Positions 23,795 through 35,846 of a stretch of DNA of 64,000 bases are shown here, piece after piece. The position numbers and the translations under genes are program-made. The stretch spans positions 310,001 to 374,000 of the forward strand of contig JAPEUD010000004.1 in NCBI GenBank assembly GCA_026026165.1, written 5' to 3'. The first letter of the stretch is position 1; each line of letters begins with the position of its first letter. The DNA comes from Sarea resinae. Lineage: Eukaryota. A model generated the notes under the pieces. The model saw nothing but the letters and a program-made list of their open reading frames with translations, did no database searches and had not been told where the DNA came from.

Positions 23795-24598
23795 TCAGTT
23801 AATCGCCTTCTTCGTAGCAGACTCGGGGTTCTTGGCAATGCCTTCGGCAGTACCAGCGGCCTCTTTACCTGCACCCTCGAGTTCTTCGATTAGGGAAGTA
23901 TTCTTGGCCTTGGAGCGGTAGTTGAGGATGCGGCCCACTTGAACAGCACCTACACATCCAAGGAAGAAGTTCACCGCCGCCAAACTGTAAAATTACACAA
24001 CCATCAGTGACTGATGGGCGTTGTGCAAATACCTCAAAGAGGGGGAATCAAAAGGAAACCATGTCTGCAAAGGGTTTTGAGGCAAAGAACGCAAGATGTT
24101 ACAAAAGACTCACAGAAGGTTCTGGGGGCGGATGACGAAGCACCATCGAGTCCAAATCGCACCCGTGCAGAGGAGAGCAGCATTCTGTGTCATGGAAAGA
24201 CTCTCCGCTGGACGGTAGAAGTCGCTAACACCGGCAAGGACAAGGGCCCACTGAACGAAATGTCAATTAGTGAATGTTCTGTACAACCAAACTGATCACG
24301 CAGTGAACAAAGCTGTATGGCGTACCTTCATGACGGGCGCCCTGATCAGAGGATAAGAAGGTCAGCAAAATGTTTGTCGTAATTGCTGTGCATTGAAACG
24401 ATCAGGAACGACAACGCACCAGAAATGCACGGTCTTGACGCCAACGGGGCTGTTCCAGAGGCGGGCGCCCAGACTCTGTTGCGGCGCTGGAGCTGCATCG
24501 GTGGCCTGGAAGCGTCGGGCAGCTGGCCGTCTCAGGATTGGCCTGAAAGCCGCTCGAGAGGCTTGGAAGAGACGGAAGGTAGGACGAGTGGAGGCCAT
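23795..24598 (-). CDS. MPC2: Mitochondrial pyruvate carrier subunit (MPC2-type), 4 exons
   Basis: Arg/Ala-rich presequence-like N-terminus, WNSPVGVKTVHFW|APVMK|WALVLAGVSDFYRPAESLS...TGAIWTRWCFVIRPQN|...AAVNFFLGCVGAVQVGRI. Confidence 0.95.
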
Positions 24599-24701
24599 TG
24601 TGGTTGCTGGTAGTGGTCCGGGAATCTTATCTCGAGTGTTGTTTCGGAGTCGATAATTAGTTTGGATGGCCCTCAGGGAAATATTCTCAGCCTGTACGAT
24701 G

Positions 24702-24746
24702 AGATGGACAAGATGGACAAGATGGACAAGATGGACAAGATGGACA
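24702..24746. repeat. (AGATGGACA)5 tandem repeat in the MPC2 / complex I B8 divergent intergenic region
   Basis: Five perfect 9-nt units, with a short (GAAGTGAC)3 nearby at ~24791-24815. Confidence 0.9.
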
Positions 24747-25408
24747 AGACGGACGAGACGGCCAGAATAATCACTGGGCGAGGGCGGGCTGGAAGTGACG
24801 AAGTGACGAAGTGACGGCGTTTGTGGTGGTGAGGAGTACTGCGATATAAGGTAAAGCAGCTGGCGGGAGGTGGTAGTGTGATGATGGCCGGCCTGGAGAG
24901 CACCGACGGTTTAGCGACATCCAGAAGAGGGTTGACGTCTCCACGTTTCGAAGTGCCAGGGACTTCCGGTGCAGGTGTCCGACACAGCCAGATGGCAGTA
25001 CCAGAGACACTGCCGCCCCAGCCGCTATCCCACTGAAGTATCTCCGCAATGAGGAAGCTACTGCGTCCCTACGGCGGCCGTGATCCACACGGCATCGTTC
25101 AACCCGGCCGCTCTTCCGCCGCGGCTCAGCTCCCCCGAGCCCCGGCTGGTACGTCGGTACATAGTTCGTCGTGCGCAGTACGGGCGGACAGGCACGCCAA
25201 TGCCGCAGTCGCCTTGCTTGCTTACCTAAGGCTGGGACCATGGACGGGAAGCTCTCTCGACTCCATCCACCGTCTACGGTGCTGAGACGACGAGACGACG
25301 AGAGATATCGATAGACCCCCCTCCTTCAATTGCCCTCCGCACCTCGAGTTCCGCCCATCTTCCCGCCAACTACCCCATCCGAGCGGAGCCAAGGGACCCA
25401 CCGTCATC

Positions 25409-26142
25409 ATGCCCGCCAAATACGCATTCACCTCCACCCTGAAGGAGCTCCGCTTCCTCTTCTGCCAGACCTCAGAGCAGAGTTCTGCCCTCCGGTCCGT
25501 CTGCCCCCACTCACCCGGTCCCTACTGCGGCTCCAGAGCACAACAGCCCAGCATCTTCTCCCCTCTCTCGGGGTCCCTAGATATCCTTCACACGCTGCCA
25601 TCATCGGCGTACTTGCACTTTCCATGATCCCCGCAGCCAGGGCAATTGTCATCGACCGAAAAGGCAATCAGAACACTGCTGACACTATCCCTCACCTTGC
25701 TCTAGGTCCTTCCTCACACGCGCATATCCAACGATGAAGAAGAACAATCCGCAAACCCCGATTCTGCTCCGTGAAGCTCTGCAGACGGAGCCCAAGGTCT
25801 ACGCAAGATACGGTAATGAACCCCCGCCCCCAGCCCTGCCCTTCTAGTCCGGATCCAACCTCTGCGCCATTAGAAGGCCATTGAAGACCATAGGATGAGG
25901 AAGAGATAGCGGCATTGAGGATTTGGGCTAACGCGTTCGCTTCAAACACAGAGTTCGGAAAGGAAAAGAAGGAGTCGTTAGTCGGTAGGTCATGGCACTT
26001 TCCCTTCTTTCTTCCTTGATACCTCTGCTCTCATCCGATTGAGACTGTCCGGTGAAGGCTCACGTCTGGAATGTTGAATACAGGACTGTCAGATAAGCAA
26101 ATCGAGGAGAAGATCACAGGGCTAGTGAAGACGGGCATATAG
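25409..26142 (+). CDS. NDUFA2: NADH:ubiquinone oxidoreductase 10.5 kDa / B8 subunit (L51/S25/CI-B8 family), 4 exons
   Basis: MPAKYAFTSTLKELRFLFCQTSEQSSALR|SFLTRAYPTMKKNNPQTPILLREALQTEPKVYARY|EFGKEKKESLV|GLSDKQIEEKITGLVKTGI*. Confidence 0.92.
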
Positions 26143-26385
26143 TAGACAGTGAGGGCAAATGGAGGACTAAGGCAGGGGCATCGCTAGACAGCATTTCTGC
26201 AAATTTCAATGTACAGAAGAAAAAGAAATGCATTGATTGAACAAAGAAGGCACATTTAACTATCCTAAAAACGTTTTTCTTGCTGTGCAAGGTGTTTTTG
26301 CTCTCTAGCACTCATTCGTCAAGTTAACACACCTAGGTGTATAGCCTTTTATCCACCCAATGCCACAGTTTCCCCACCATTATTG

Positions 26386-27948
26386 TCACGCCTCATTCCC
26401 AGCTCCAACGTTTCCAAATCTATACTGCGCCCAGCTCATACTCCCCTCGCCCAACGTCCACAGCCTCTTCCCCCTATCCCCGCCAGCAGCTCCAGCACCC
26501 ACAAAAATAGGCAGCAAATGATCAAACGTCGGATGCGCCTGCCTCGCGTCGCCCCTCTTCAGCAGCGCCTCCATCTTCCCCTCGCGCTCCTCCGGATCCG
26601 TCTCCACAGCCTGTCGCAGCGCCTCGTCGAAGCTGGCCGTGTACGGCAGCGGGGTGGGATCGCCCCATGTGAAGCGCAGATCACGCAGGTTGTGCACGGC
26701 CATTCCGGACGTGATTATCAGGATCCCTTCCGAGCGCAGGGATGCAAGGGCGCGACCGACGGCGTAGTGCGCGGAGGGCGACTCGGAGTTGAAGAGCGAT
26801 ACTTGCACAATTGGGACCTTGAGCGGGTTGGCGTCTGGTTCGAATGCTGTTGTAGGGCGGTGGTATTAGTGGTGTTGTCTTTCTGATATCATGTCTTGTA
26901 TGAAAGTCGATCTAGAGGGCTCTGGGATTGGACGGAATGGATGGCTGAATGGCTGCTCGTGCTCCTGTATTCTGGAAACTCACCGCATTTGAAGCCGGCC
27001 CAAACGCCGTGATCGAGCCCGCGCTTCACGCCTTCGGCCTCGATGCCTGCGTCACGCAGCTTCTGTATAACCTTGTTCGCCACCTCCTTGCTGCCGACAT
27101 TGGGGTATTTCTCCTTGTAATAGTGGCTCGGGAATCCGTAGAAGCTAAAAAAAGCCCATCCTCGTTCAGTCTCCAGCGCTTGTAGTCGCATCAATGGACA
27201 TTTAATGGGAAAACTGATGGCTTACTCGTAAATCAATTCCGTCATTTCGGCCTCGTTGACCTCGATCTTACTTTTGCCTGCTTGCCAGTGCGCGGAGAAG
27301 ACCACGACGGCCTTCGGCTTGACTTTGGTGGTGACCTCCTTGCCGATCTGCTGCAGTTTTGCGTAGGCGGGGTGATCGTGCTATAGATGTTTAGCACCCC
27401 TATCCGTAGCCTCGAAGAAATGGAGTCGTTGTAGGACCCCTAGCGATTCCGAACAACATACCTCGTACATGACATTCGGCTATAGCAGATATTTCAGACA
27501 TCAGCAAAATTCTCTTTGGGATCTTAGAGATATAGTTTTCTCTTCCTCCGCTGCCCTTCCATTGAGTTTCTTCTCTTGCCGCCTTTCTTTCGGAAAGCCC
27601 AACTAGATCATAACGGGTGAAAATGGCACCACTTACCCCTCCATGACTTAAAAAGTAGACTGGCGTCCGATTCGCTGCAACAGCAGTCATCCCAGCAACG
27701 CCGGCCATTTCCTTCTCGGTCCCAAAAGCTGAAGGATATCGCTCCTGGGTACTAATAGGGGCTCCGTTCCAGGCTTTGTGCAGGCCCAGTCTTCGAAGAG
27801 TAGCCGCAAACCTCGCGGGCGACACGATGACGACAGCAATGAGCGCAAAGGCAACGGCAAAGAGAATTGTAGATACTGTCAAGCACGGCGAAGGTCTGCG
27901 AGCTTGGTTCGTAGGTGGTGATGCTTGTGAAGGGGGACTGTCAGGCAT
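26386..27948 (-). CDS. LigB/DODA-type extradiol ring-cleavage dioxygenase (class III), multi-exon; start uncertain (27948, 27708 or 27690)
   Basis: TPVYFLSHGG|PNVMYE|HDHPAY...VVFSAHWQ...FYGFPSHYY...RGLDHGVW...ITSGMAVHNLRDL...AHPTFDHLLP. Confidence 0.93.
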
Positions 27949-29618
27949 GTAGAAGACGGGCAGATGGCAAGAAGGGGGATTTCAGACCGAGGAAGACCGT
28001 AAGACTTGAACAAAACACTCAAGACAGATGGATTACTGGGCCAGTAAATATCAGTCCCTCTAATGATGTCTTTATTTTAAGATACATGGAATCCTTTCGG
28101 ATTTACTCACCGCAGCATGGGCAGATAATCCCGAGTTCTTCGCCGGGGACAAGGCGGTAACATGCGGCAGATTCGAGGCTGTTTGTCACCGCTTACGCGA
28201 TTTGCAATAGGAATCAGCTCAGGGGCGCGGAAGCGTTTCCGTCGCCTTCAACAGAGGGACTACCGGCATTAGTGTCGTATTTGCCGGCATACCTCTTAGG
28301 TACATACGAAGAAGATCATTCAAGGCACGATCAACTAAATATTCAGATACAGCGGTAAGCTAGAACCTAATCTCTAAAATAGATTAGGGGGGTCTGCTTC
28401 CTTTTTGAATACTGGATTGTTGTGTGATGATATATCAATAAGAACAGCAGTTTGATTTATAGGTACTGCTAGACCTCAATCTCAGTAGATAAAAAAATGG
28501 TTTATTGATTCATACAATCCGCCTGTCTAAAATGCAACTGCCTGAAACGTATCTAAGTTATTGACCGAGGCTATAGTGCTCATAAGCCAATAACTTATAG
28601 GACTCTACACAGTACTCTGTTCGAGCACACAGCAAACTATCAATCACTTACTGAGATCATACTTGATAGCCGCTAATTGGAGATTTACTCAATACCTTGA
28701 TTATACCAACAAATTCAACCTCACTGACATGCATTTCATTCTCAATATTACCTGATTCTGACCCTCCATGTCTATTGATAGACCAGCCATTGATAGACCA
28801 GCTGCTTTCGCACTGACACGAGAGAGAGATTTACTAGTCTATCAGGGAATTGATATGCCGTTGGCTCTCTCAAAGGAAAGGACTGGTGACTCTAGTATTC
28901 TCGCATGAGAAGAAACCTGATTGGACGAAGATATTGAGAGAACATCGCGAAAGACTCTCTTAGATTCAAGGATATAAAGAAACAGTACGAGTCAGATATA
29001 ATGGAAGGGGCCATCTTAGTAGCTGTGCGGCTAAGTATGAAGCAAATGACAAAGACATAGCTGCCTCAGTCAGGTAGGAAAGGTACGCAGCAGACGAAAT
29101 AATCATTTGCCCCACTAGGAGGGGATTTGATACACAGCGCTCTTTCTCCAAAGAAGAAGCGCTTGTTTTCTGACGCCCCAGAAACCTGAGATCGCCAAAA
29201 TCGTAGTAGCGTAATTGGATTCACTGAGATAGGTCTCTCCGCCAGTTCGTGCTTCACTTTTGCCCTGTTTGTTCGAGAAGGTAGCTGCGCTAGACGATAG
29301 ATGGGTGAATAGATACTGACCTTACCTACCGTAACCAGCAGTGAATAGACGCTTCCCTCCCATCGTAGTAGCCCCAAGGACAGGAGGCTGGGAGGTCAAA
29401 AAAGGAGATTCACCAACGTGTTGTGGAACTATTGTACGCGTTCGAAGTGAGGTGAGCCGAGAGGACTATTTCGCCGACCTCCTCTTCCTTCTTCTCTTCT
29501 CTTTCTTCTTCTTCTTCTTCTTCGGCAACCAACAAACCTTCCTCACATCAGATCGTACTTTCTTCACATTCCATCTTACCAAAGCCATACCGAGTGTGCT
29601 TTTCTGTCTCTCACAAAG

Positions 29619-29829
29619 ATGCCTCCGAAAACCCCAACCCCAAAGAAGCCGGTGACGGTTCCCTTGGGACTGGTCGCGCCGCCGCGTCAAAGACAGAAAG
29701 ATCCCAACAAGAAGCCCATGTGGTCGATGACCAAAGAGGAGATCGCTGAGATCGAGAGGAAGATCAACGAGAGGAGGTCGGTAGTTAAACCACCAAAAGG
29801 GTGGAAGCCACCACAGACCTCGCCAGAGC

Positions 29830-29862
<33 letters not shown>

Positions 29863-31222
29863 TACCGTCCCAGCCACAGCCGCCACCGCCGACAGTTCAA
29901 CCTCCTCCTCCTCCTCCTCCTCCTCCTCCTCCTCCTCCTCCTCCGCCTCCGCCAGCGCCGGTGCAACTTCCTCTCCCCGCCGCACAACCGCCACGGCCTC
30001 TTCTTCCCCGTCCACCACGACCTGCTCTTCCCCGTGCACCACCACCACCACCGCCAGTGGCAGGGCAACTTCCTCTGTTTCACGTATCACTGGGACGACC
30101 TTCTCTTCTCGGGCTACCACCGCCGCCACCGCCACCACCTCCACCACCACCGGCGCCAGCACCAGTGCCAGAGCAAATACCTCCTCCCGTGCCACCACCA
30201 CAACCTCCTCTTCCCCCTCTACCGCCGTCACCGCCGCCAGCGCCCGTTACCGTAGCAGAGGAAGAGAAGGTGGACAGCGAGGACCACGAGGGACATGGCA
30301 GGCCGAAGAGGCAGCTGGCCGAAGAAGACGAGGATGACAGTCTAGGAGAGTTGAATGGTCCGGCATCAAAACGAAGCCGCCCGGAGGTGTATGTCATATC
30401 CTTGCAGATCTAGAATCGAGAGACTGACACTTGAAAAGGAACGTCGAGGATCCCGTCGCCGAGGCAGAAGAGACCGACGAGGCCAAAGCCCAGGTGGAGG
30501 AGATTCGAGCTGGACTCGAATCCCTCAGCCTGGGGGCTTCCGAGGCTGTCGTGCCGTTTGTTGAGTTGGCGCCTCCCTTCGTTCCCCTTCTCCCCCAAAT
30601 CCTCACTCTCCCCACACCCACTCCTCCATCGCCACCACCGACCCCTTCCCTGCCAATCGCGCAGGTCACCACCACCGCGCTTCCAGAAGTGCGGATAAGG
30701 GAGACAACCTTCCGAGAGTGGGTTGGCAATAACCTTTCGGGGTTCCGGAAACTTGTGGGGCTCTGGTTTCAAGGGGGTAACGACCCCAATAAGGTAGTCG
30801 GAGTCGGCTACCGCAATGGCGGATTCTCTCTAGATTTAGAGAGAATAGATGATGTGGACTTCGGCCAATATCATGGCCCAAGCTGGCTGGTTTGCGGCAG
30901 CTCGCAAATGGCCTCGTACTCAGCTCTGCTGGCCTGGTGCCAGGTGCACCAGGACGAGCTGAACGAGGTCATTTGCGAGTATGCGCAGGCATGTGAGGCA
31001 ACTAAGGCCAACGATCTTCGGGGGACCAACGACTTTACCAAGATCCTCCGAACGGCAGGGTGGGTTCTTTATGCCGACTACATCGGCGGCTTGGGCTACT
31101 CGGTGATAGCGAGAGCCAAGAAGATGGCGGAAGGGTTCGAGAAGAATTCCGAGCTAGAGAGCTGCCGACAGAGGTGGCCTCGCCTGTTCAGCAAATGCTG
31201 GAGCGATACGGCTTGTGGGTGA
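29619..31222 (+). CDS. Orphan proline-rich protein (2 exons: 29619-30387, 30439-31222); function unknown
   Basis: The 264-aa ORF with poly-Pro/poly-Ser tracts joins in frame to the 263-aa ORF through GTATGT (30388)...GACTGAC...AAG (30438). The C-terminal part looks globular but was not recognised. Confidence 0.6.
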
Positions 31223-31617
31223 GTCAACTTCCATTATGTCGCGTCATTGCTGTCGCAATTTGTTACATTTCTGTATTTCTGTCGCATTTCTTCAGATATC
31301 ATGGTGTTGAGAATGGTCGTCAGAGACATCACGTGATTTTGAGATACGGCTGCATCTTAGCGAATCTGGTAACTTGGTACCTTACCTCGTTACCTCTTGC
31401 CTAGCAACACAACAGCCAACCTTACAACCTGTCGCATCGGTGCTCTATCTTTTTTTTGTTGTCACTTTATCTTCAACCATCGCGAACCTTACTCACTTCA
31501 ACTTTCCAATCTAGGTTCACGAACTCTGCGAAGAAGAGGCTCATCGACGAACAAGAAGAAGAAGAGCAGGCCGCAAAAGTACGACGACTGGGACAGCTTG
31601 AGTTGAAGGCCTCTAAG

Positions 31618-33042
31618 ATGGCGGCGATGCGCCCAAGAGGCATGCAAGTGCATGGTGTGCCTGAAGAAGAGCGTGCTACCGATTCGCAAGGAAACAAGCT
31701 GCCTTGGGGCTACCTCTATGCTGAGTAAGTATTCGATCTCATGTCCTTGTTTGCCGTAAAGTTCAAGTCTCTGATGTCTCATAGTGATTCTCTGAATCCG
31801 CGACGACCCCCAGAAGAGACCGGACCGTTTGGTGTATCAAGACGAGGTTCCCGCTCTCGATCTCGCTCCAAGACCGTCACCCCCGCCAGGAAAGAAGATC
31901 CCAATTTGATCATCTTTGGAGAGCTATGGCAGAAAGATCTGGAGCAGAAAAAAGAACAAGCAATGAAGGAACAACAAGCTCGTCGGCCTGGATCCTTGTC
32001 TGCAGCAGCTCGCGCACAAGCCGAGATCACAACAGCTGCGGCTCCAACAATTGAGCTCACTACTGCGTCGTCGACCACCCAGAAATCAACGGCGCCACCC
32101 CCATCGTCAAAAGAACCTACAGAGGTCATATTATTCGGCTATCAACCCGAATTTCAATATCGTGCAATCGAACAGTATGAGCGCATCTCAAATGGCATGA
32201 TTTGCGAAGATTACGCGCGTGGTCCGCCTACCGAACGCCTTCGATTCAAGAGCGCACTCTACAATACTGATACAATGCTTCCACGTTCGCTCACCCGCGA
32301 AGAGTCCAAGAAAGCCCGTCGATATGCTGGTGGTGATTGCTGGATCAAAGTCACGTTTGACTCGCGCGAAGCAGCTGAGAGAGCTTGTTTCTGGTCGCCA
32401 CAGAACATCAACGGTCATTGGGTTTCCGCAGAATTTTATCGAGGAGTCGGACCTAGAGCAGATATTCCCGTTTCAGTGACGGATGCCGACCATTTGCCGA
32501 ACGAACTTAATTCACATCGACCCAGCCAGAATGTGTCGCAGGCGCCACGCGCATCTTTCTCGGCTGAGGCATCTCAGACCGCTTCTACTCTGTCGAGGTC
32601 TTTCACTACTGGTTCCTTAATAGACGCACCAGCTCCGGCGGCGAATACATCTCCATCTACATCGACCGTGTCGTCAGCAACCGCGACAGGTTATGCCACT
32701 CTTCCTCGCAGTTCATCCCAACCGGTACTTGCAACCGGCCACTCTCTTGAGCTACATCCGCAAGACTCCACCATGTCAAGTCGAATCCCAGGCGTGAGGC
32801 GCGCGGTTCTTCTTCCCGCAGAGCAGGCCCTCTTACCATCTCCTTCCTGGGTTCAGCGTACGATGGCTCAATTACCTATTCTCGGCTGGTTTTCCGGCGA
32901 TATCATTGGTAACGTCGTGCCGAGACTCGATAATGGAGAATTTGACTGGGAAAATGCAAGTTTCTGGTGGCGCATGTGCTACTGGCTGGACACCCATCTC
33001 AGGACCGACCTCTGCGGACTGAAGGAAGATAAAGACGAGTAA
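31618..33042 (+). CDS. Nup53/Nup35-type RRM nucleoporin-like protein (intron 31725-31784)
   Basis: EVILFGY...AIEQYERIS...WIKVTFDSREAAERA...INGHWVSAE resembles the Nup35-type RRM; Trp-rich amphipathic C-terminus. Confidence 0.7.
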
Positions 33043-34330
33043 GACAGATGTCTACTTGGAAGCGACCCAGTTGGCAAGATGATACAATCGGGTGTGCTGC
33101 AGTTGTATGCAGGAAGCATTTATCTGGAGTTTAAATGGGCAGCAAGCTTACCAAAGTCATCGCTTTGCATCTCACGACTGGACGGTTTATCGATGAGCGT
33201 TACGGGAGTTTAGGCGTTTAATATATCTGGTGGAGACCTCACACAGCCAGCCCACCACAAAATCACGTCACCATGCACATTTTCTCAGTGCTGCGATACC
33301 GAGTCTCTGGGAGAGTCGTCTGCCTTGCAAGAACCTGTCATCGATGCGCGCGACTGCTCCTCGCTGGATCCGTAGAGTGAGTTTCTCCTCGCGGGTCCTT
33401 CTGAGCTGGGCATCGCTGCTGCTCGACGATAGGGAATTTTGAGGTTAGTCTAATGATCCATCGACGAAGTATTTGCCGAAGTCAATTCGATTGTGGTTCA
33501 TGGACGTCTCTATGGTGCGGTACCCCGGCTACGGTGTTGGTACGGACAAGCTCTCGTCTCTGAGGCCTGTTGTCTGGTTCCGTGTCATCAAGATTTCGTG
33601 TTGCATTGTGGGGGCTGTCGTATTCGAGCATAGCAATTTTCGATTTTTCTATTCTACCAGTCGCAGACTCATAGGCCTGGTCTTTTCTAGTCGCAGTCAT
33701 AACGTCGTGTTGCATTCGCTTACCTATGCATATGCATTGTCCGGGACATGATTCGTGGATACATAGCTTTTCAATTTTAATAGGAGCTTTCTCGTGCTCG
33801 AAGAATGCAAACTTGCCATCTACGCTATATGTGACGATGACCTGCATCCGGCCAAGCGTAAGGATTTTCTCTGATCTAAGTGACACCAGCTATTGATCTT
33901 CTAGCCCTTCTTTTCTAATTATTCTCCAGCCAGTAGTTTGGGAGGAGTGTGCAGTCTACGCAGCATCTCACGTTGAGCAACGACCTTATGAAACTAAAAG
34001 GTATTAGGAGCCATTTCTGGGATTTCATAACATCTGATCCACGACTGAGAAGGTCTTCTAGAGGTACATAGAAGCCTCCTAGAGTTCGACGGAGGCGAAG
34101 GCGGAGGCAGCAGCGGCTGTACGGAGTAGAGATTGTGCCGTGGTAAGGTTGGATCCATGGATGCACCTGACGGTATGGGTGGCCGCTTCGGTAAAAGAAT
34201 GTTCCGTCTCCGGCTAGGAGGTTCCGGTTTATTATGACGTTAGGCTATCACAACTCAACCTCGACGACCTCCGTGAACACATCCAGAGGACAATCTGAAC
34301 CACTGATCATACCTTTCCTAGAGATCAAAA

Positions 34331-34929
34331 ATGTTCCGTTTCGTAAGATATCTTGCTGGAAAACGATTCTATAGTTGCTAATACTCCTCAGCACAAATCC
34401 CTAGATGTCATCACGCTCTTCCATAAACCCTCGTCGTCGGCCTCACTTCGTGCTCTTACCGTCCTGAAGCAAGCCTCTGCCAATGCCAGCGAGACAGCTA
34501 CGGAGGACCAAGCCACGGACCATACCGCTCAAAATAAGGCACAACGAACCGAATTCGATCTAGATGTCACTGAAAATGCGCCGACGAGCGACCAGCTCAG
34601 GAGCATACTTGAATATGTTGGCTCCGAGAGCGCGGGCGAATTAGTGAAGGGAGCGAGGGACGAAGCAGACGCAATGAGAAAGCTCAGGGAAAGTGCTGAA
34701 AACTTTAAGAGACCTGTGGTATGCTTTGCCTTTCACTGTTCCCAGTGTAGTCATACTTGATTCGTACTGACGGATACTAGATTGTAGATTGGAACAATGG
34801 GCGAGCAGGTAGGCGTCCCCCATTCTTGAGTTCATGGACACTTACTTACAAATATCAGTCCTAGGAGACAATGAGTCAGAAATCCTAAGCATGCTGAAAC
34901 AATTGCCCAAAGAAACGAATTCAGTGTAG
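34331..34929 (+). CDS. FMP46: Fmp46-like mitochondrial thioredoxin-fold protein (DUF1687), 4 exons
   Basis: MFRF|HKSLDVITLFHKPSSSAS...FDLDVTENAPTSDQLRSILEYVG...FKRPV|IVDWNNGRA|VLGDNESEILSML. Confidence 0.88.
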
Positions 34930-35846
34930 AGCACTATGTATTAAAATGGACTGAGTGGTTTGGCCACATGGCCACAACCAACTCTTCAGCTTGACTTCGT
35001 CTGTCATCCTCGGTGATGCAGAACGAGAGTTGCCCTCTGCGGGCCTTCAACCTTTTGAATATCAATCTTCGGGTTCGGGCTCTTATTGCTCAGCATCTGC
35101 GTGTATGTTTGATTCCCACTCATCTTAGGTCCGACAGTCTGTTCATTCCGTTTGATGTGTCCGTAGAAGCATTGCAAGGGCTTTATATTGATGGGCTATC
35201 CGGCAAATGCTACCCACATTCGAGCCTTTTGTGGGAGGTCGCATATATCTTCGATTGATCTGATATTCAGCTCTTGAGCTTCGTGTGCTTGGATGCCTCT
35301 GAAGTGCTCCTAATGCAATTTACCTACTAATCTCAAGTATATAAAGCTTTTGCCACCTGGTGACGCAGGGCAAGAAAAAGCGCAGAAGGGGGATGAATGG
35401 CTCGCGTATACTATCTCACAATCTGGTGAATCCTAATTGAAGAGTTAGGGCTCAGGCAAGGCACATAGAGAATTAGTGTGCCCTTGTGACGGTCCCAGTT
35501 TCCAAGAAGGGGTGCTGATGAAGGAATTATCGTGTCTACCTCCGCATGACCTTTAAATTCGTGATGCTGTTAACTATACTCTCATATGTGGCAAGCACAA
35601 CTCTTTTGCTCTGAGAAATCCTATTCCCACAACTTCAAGAGCTATCGACACCTGCTAAGCACTCAAGCTCATAACACAATTCTCGGTCGCTCCTTCCTCT
35701 ACCCCTTCACGCCCGAGCTCACAACGGGACTTCGTATCGTACCGCAAAACAACACCGCATCTGCATCACATTGCTTCGACAAAGCTTCACATTTGCAAAC
35801 AGCGAACGATACGCATGCTACTGCTTTGAAGCTTCATTCAATCATC

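Noticed and set aside
28200..29600. AT-richer gap as a transposon or Starship boundary
   Set aside because: Only a short hairpin (~28366-28388) and a 14-nt direct repeat (~28774-28802); no terminal repeats, transposase or recombinase motifs.
29785..30397. Overlapping poly-Glu/Met, poly-Thr/Ser, poly-Arg and poly-Gly ORFs in other frames
   Set aside because: Shadows of trinucleotide repeats in the proline-rich gene.
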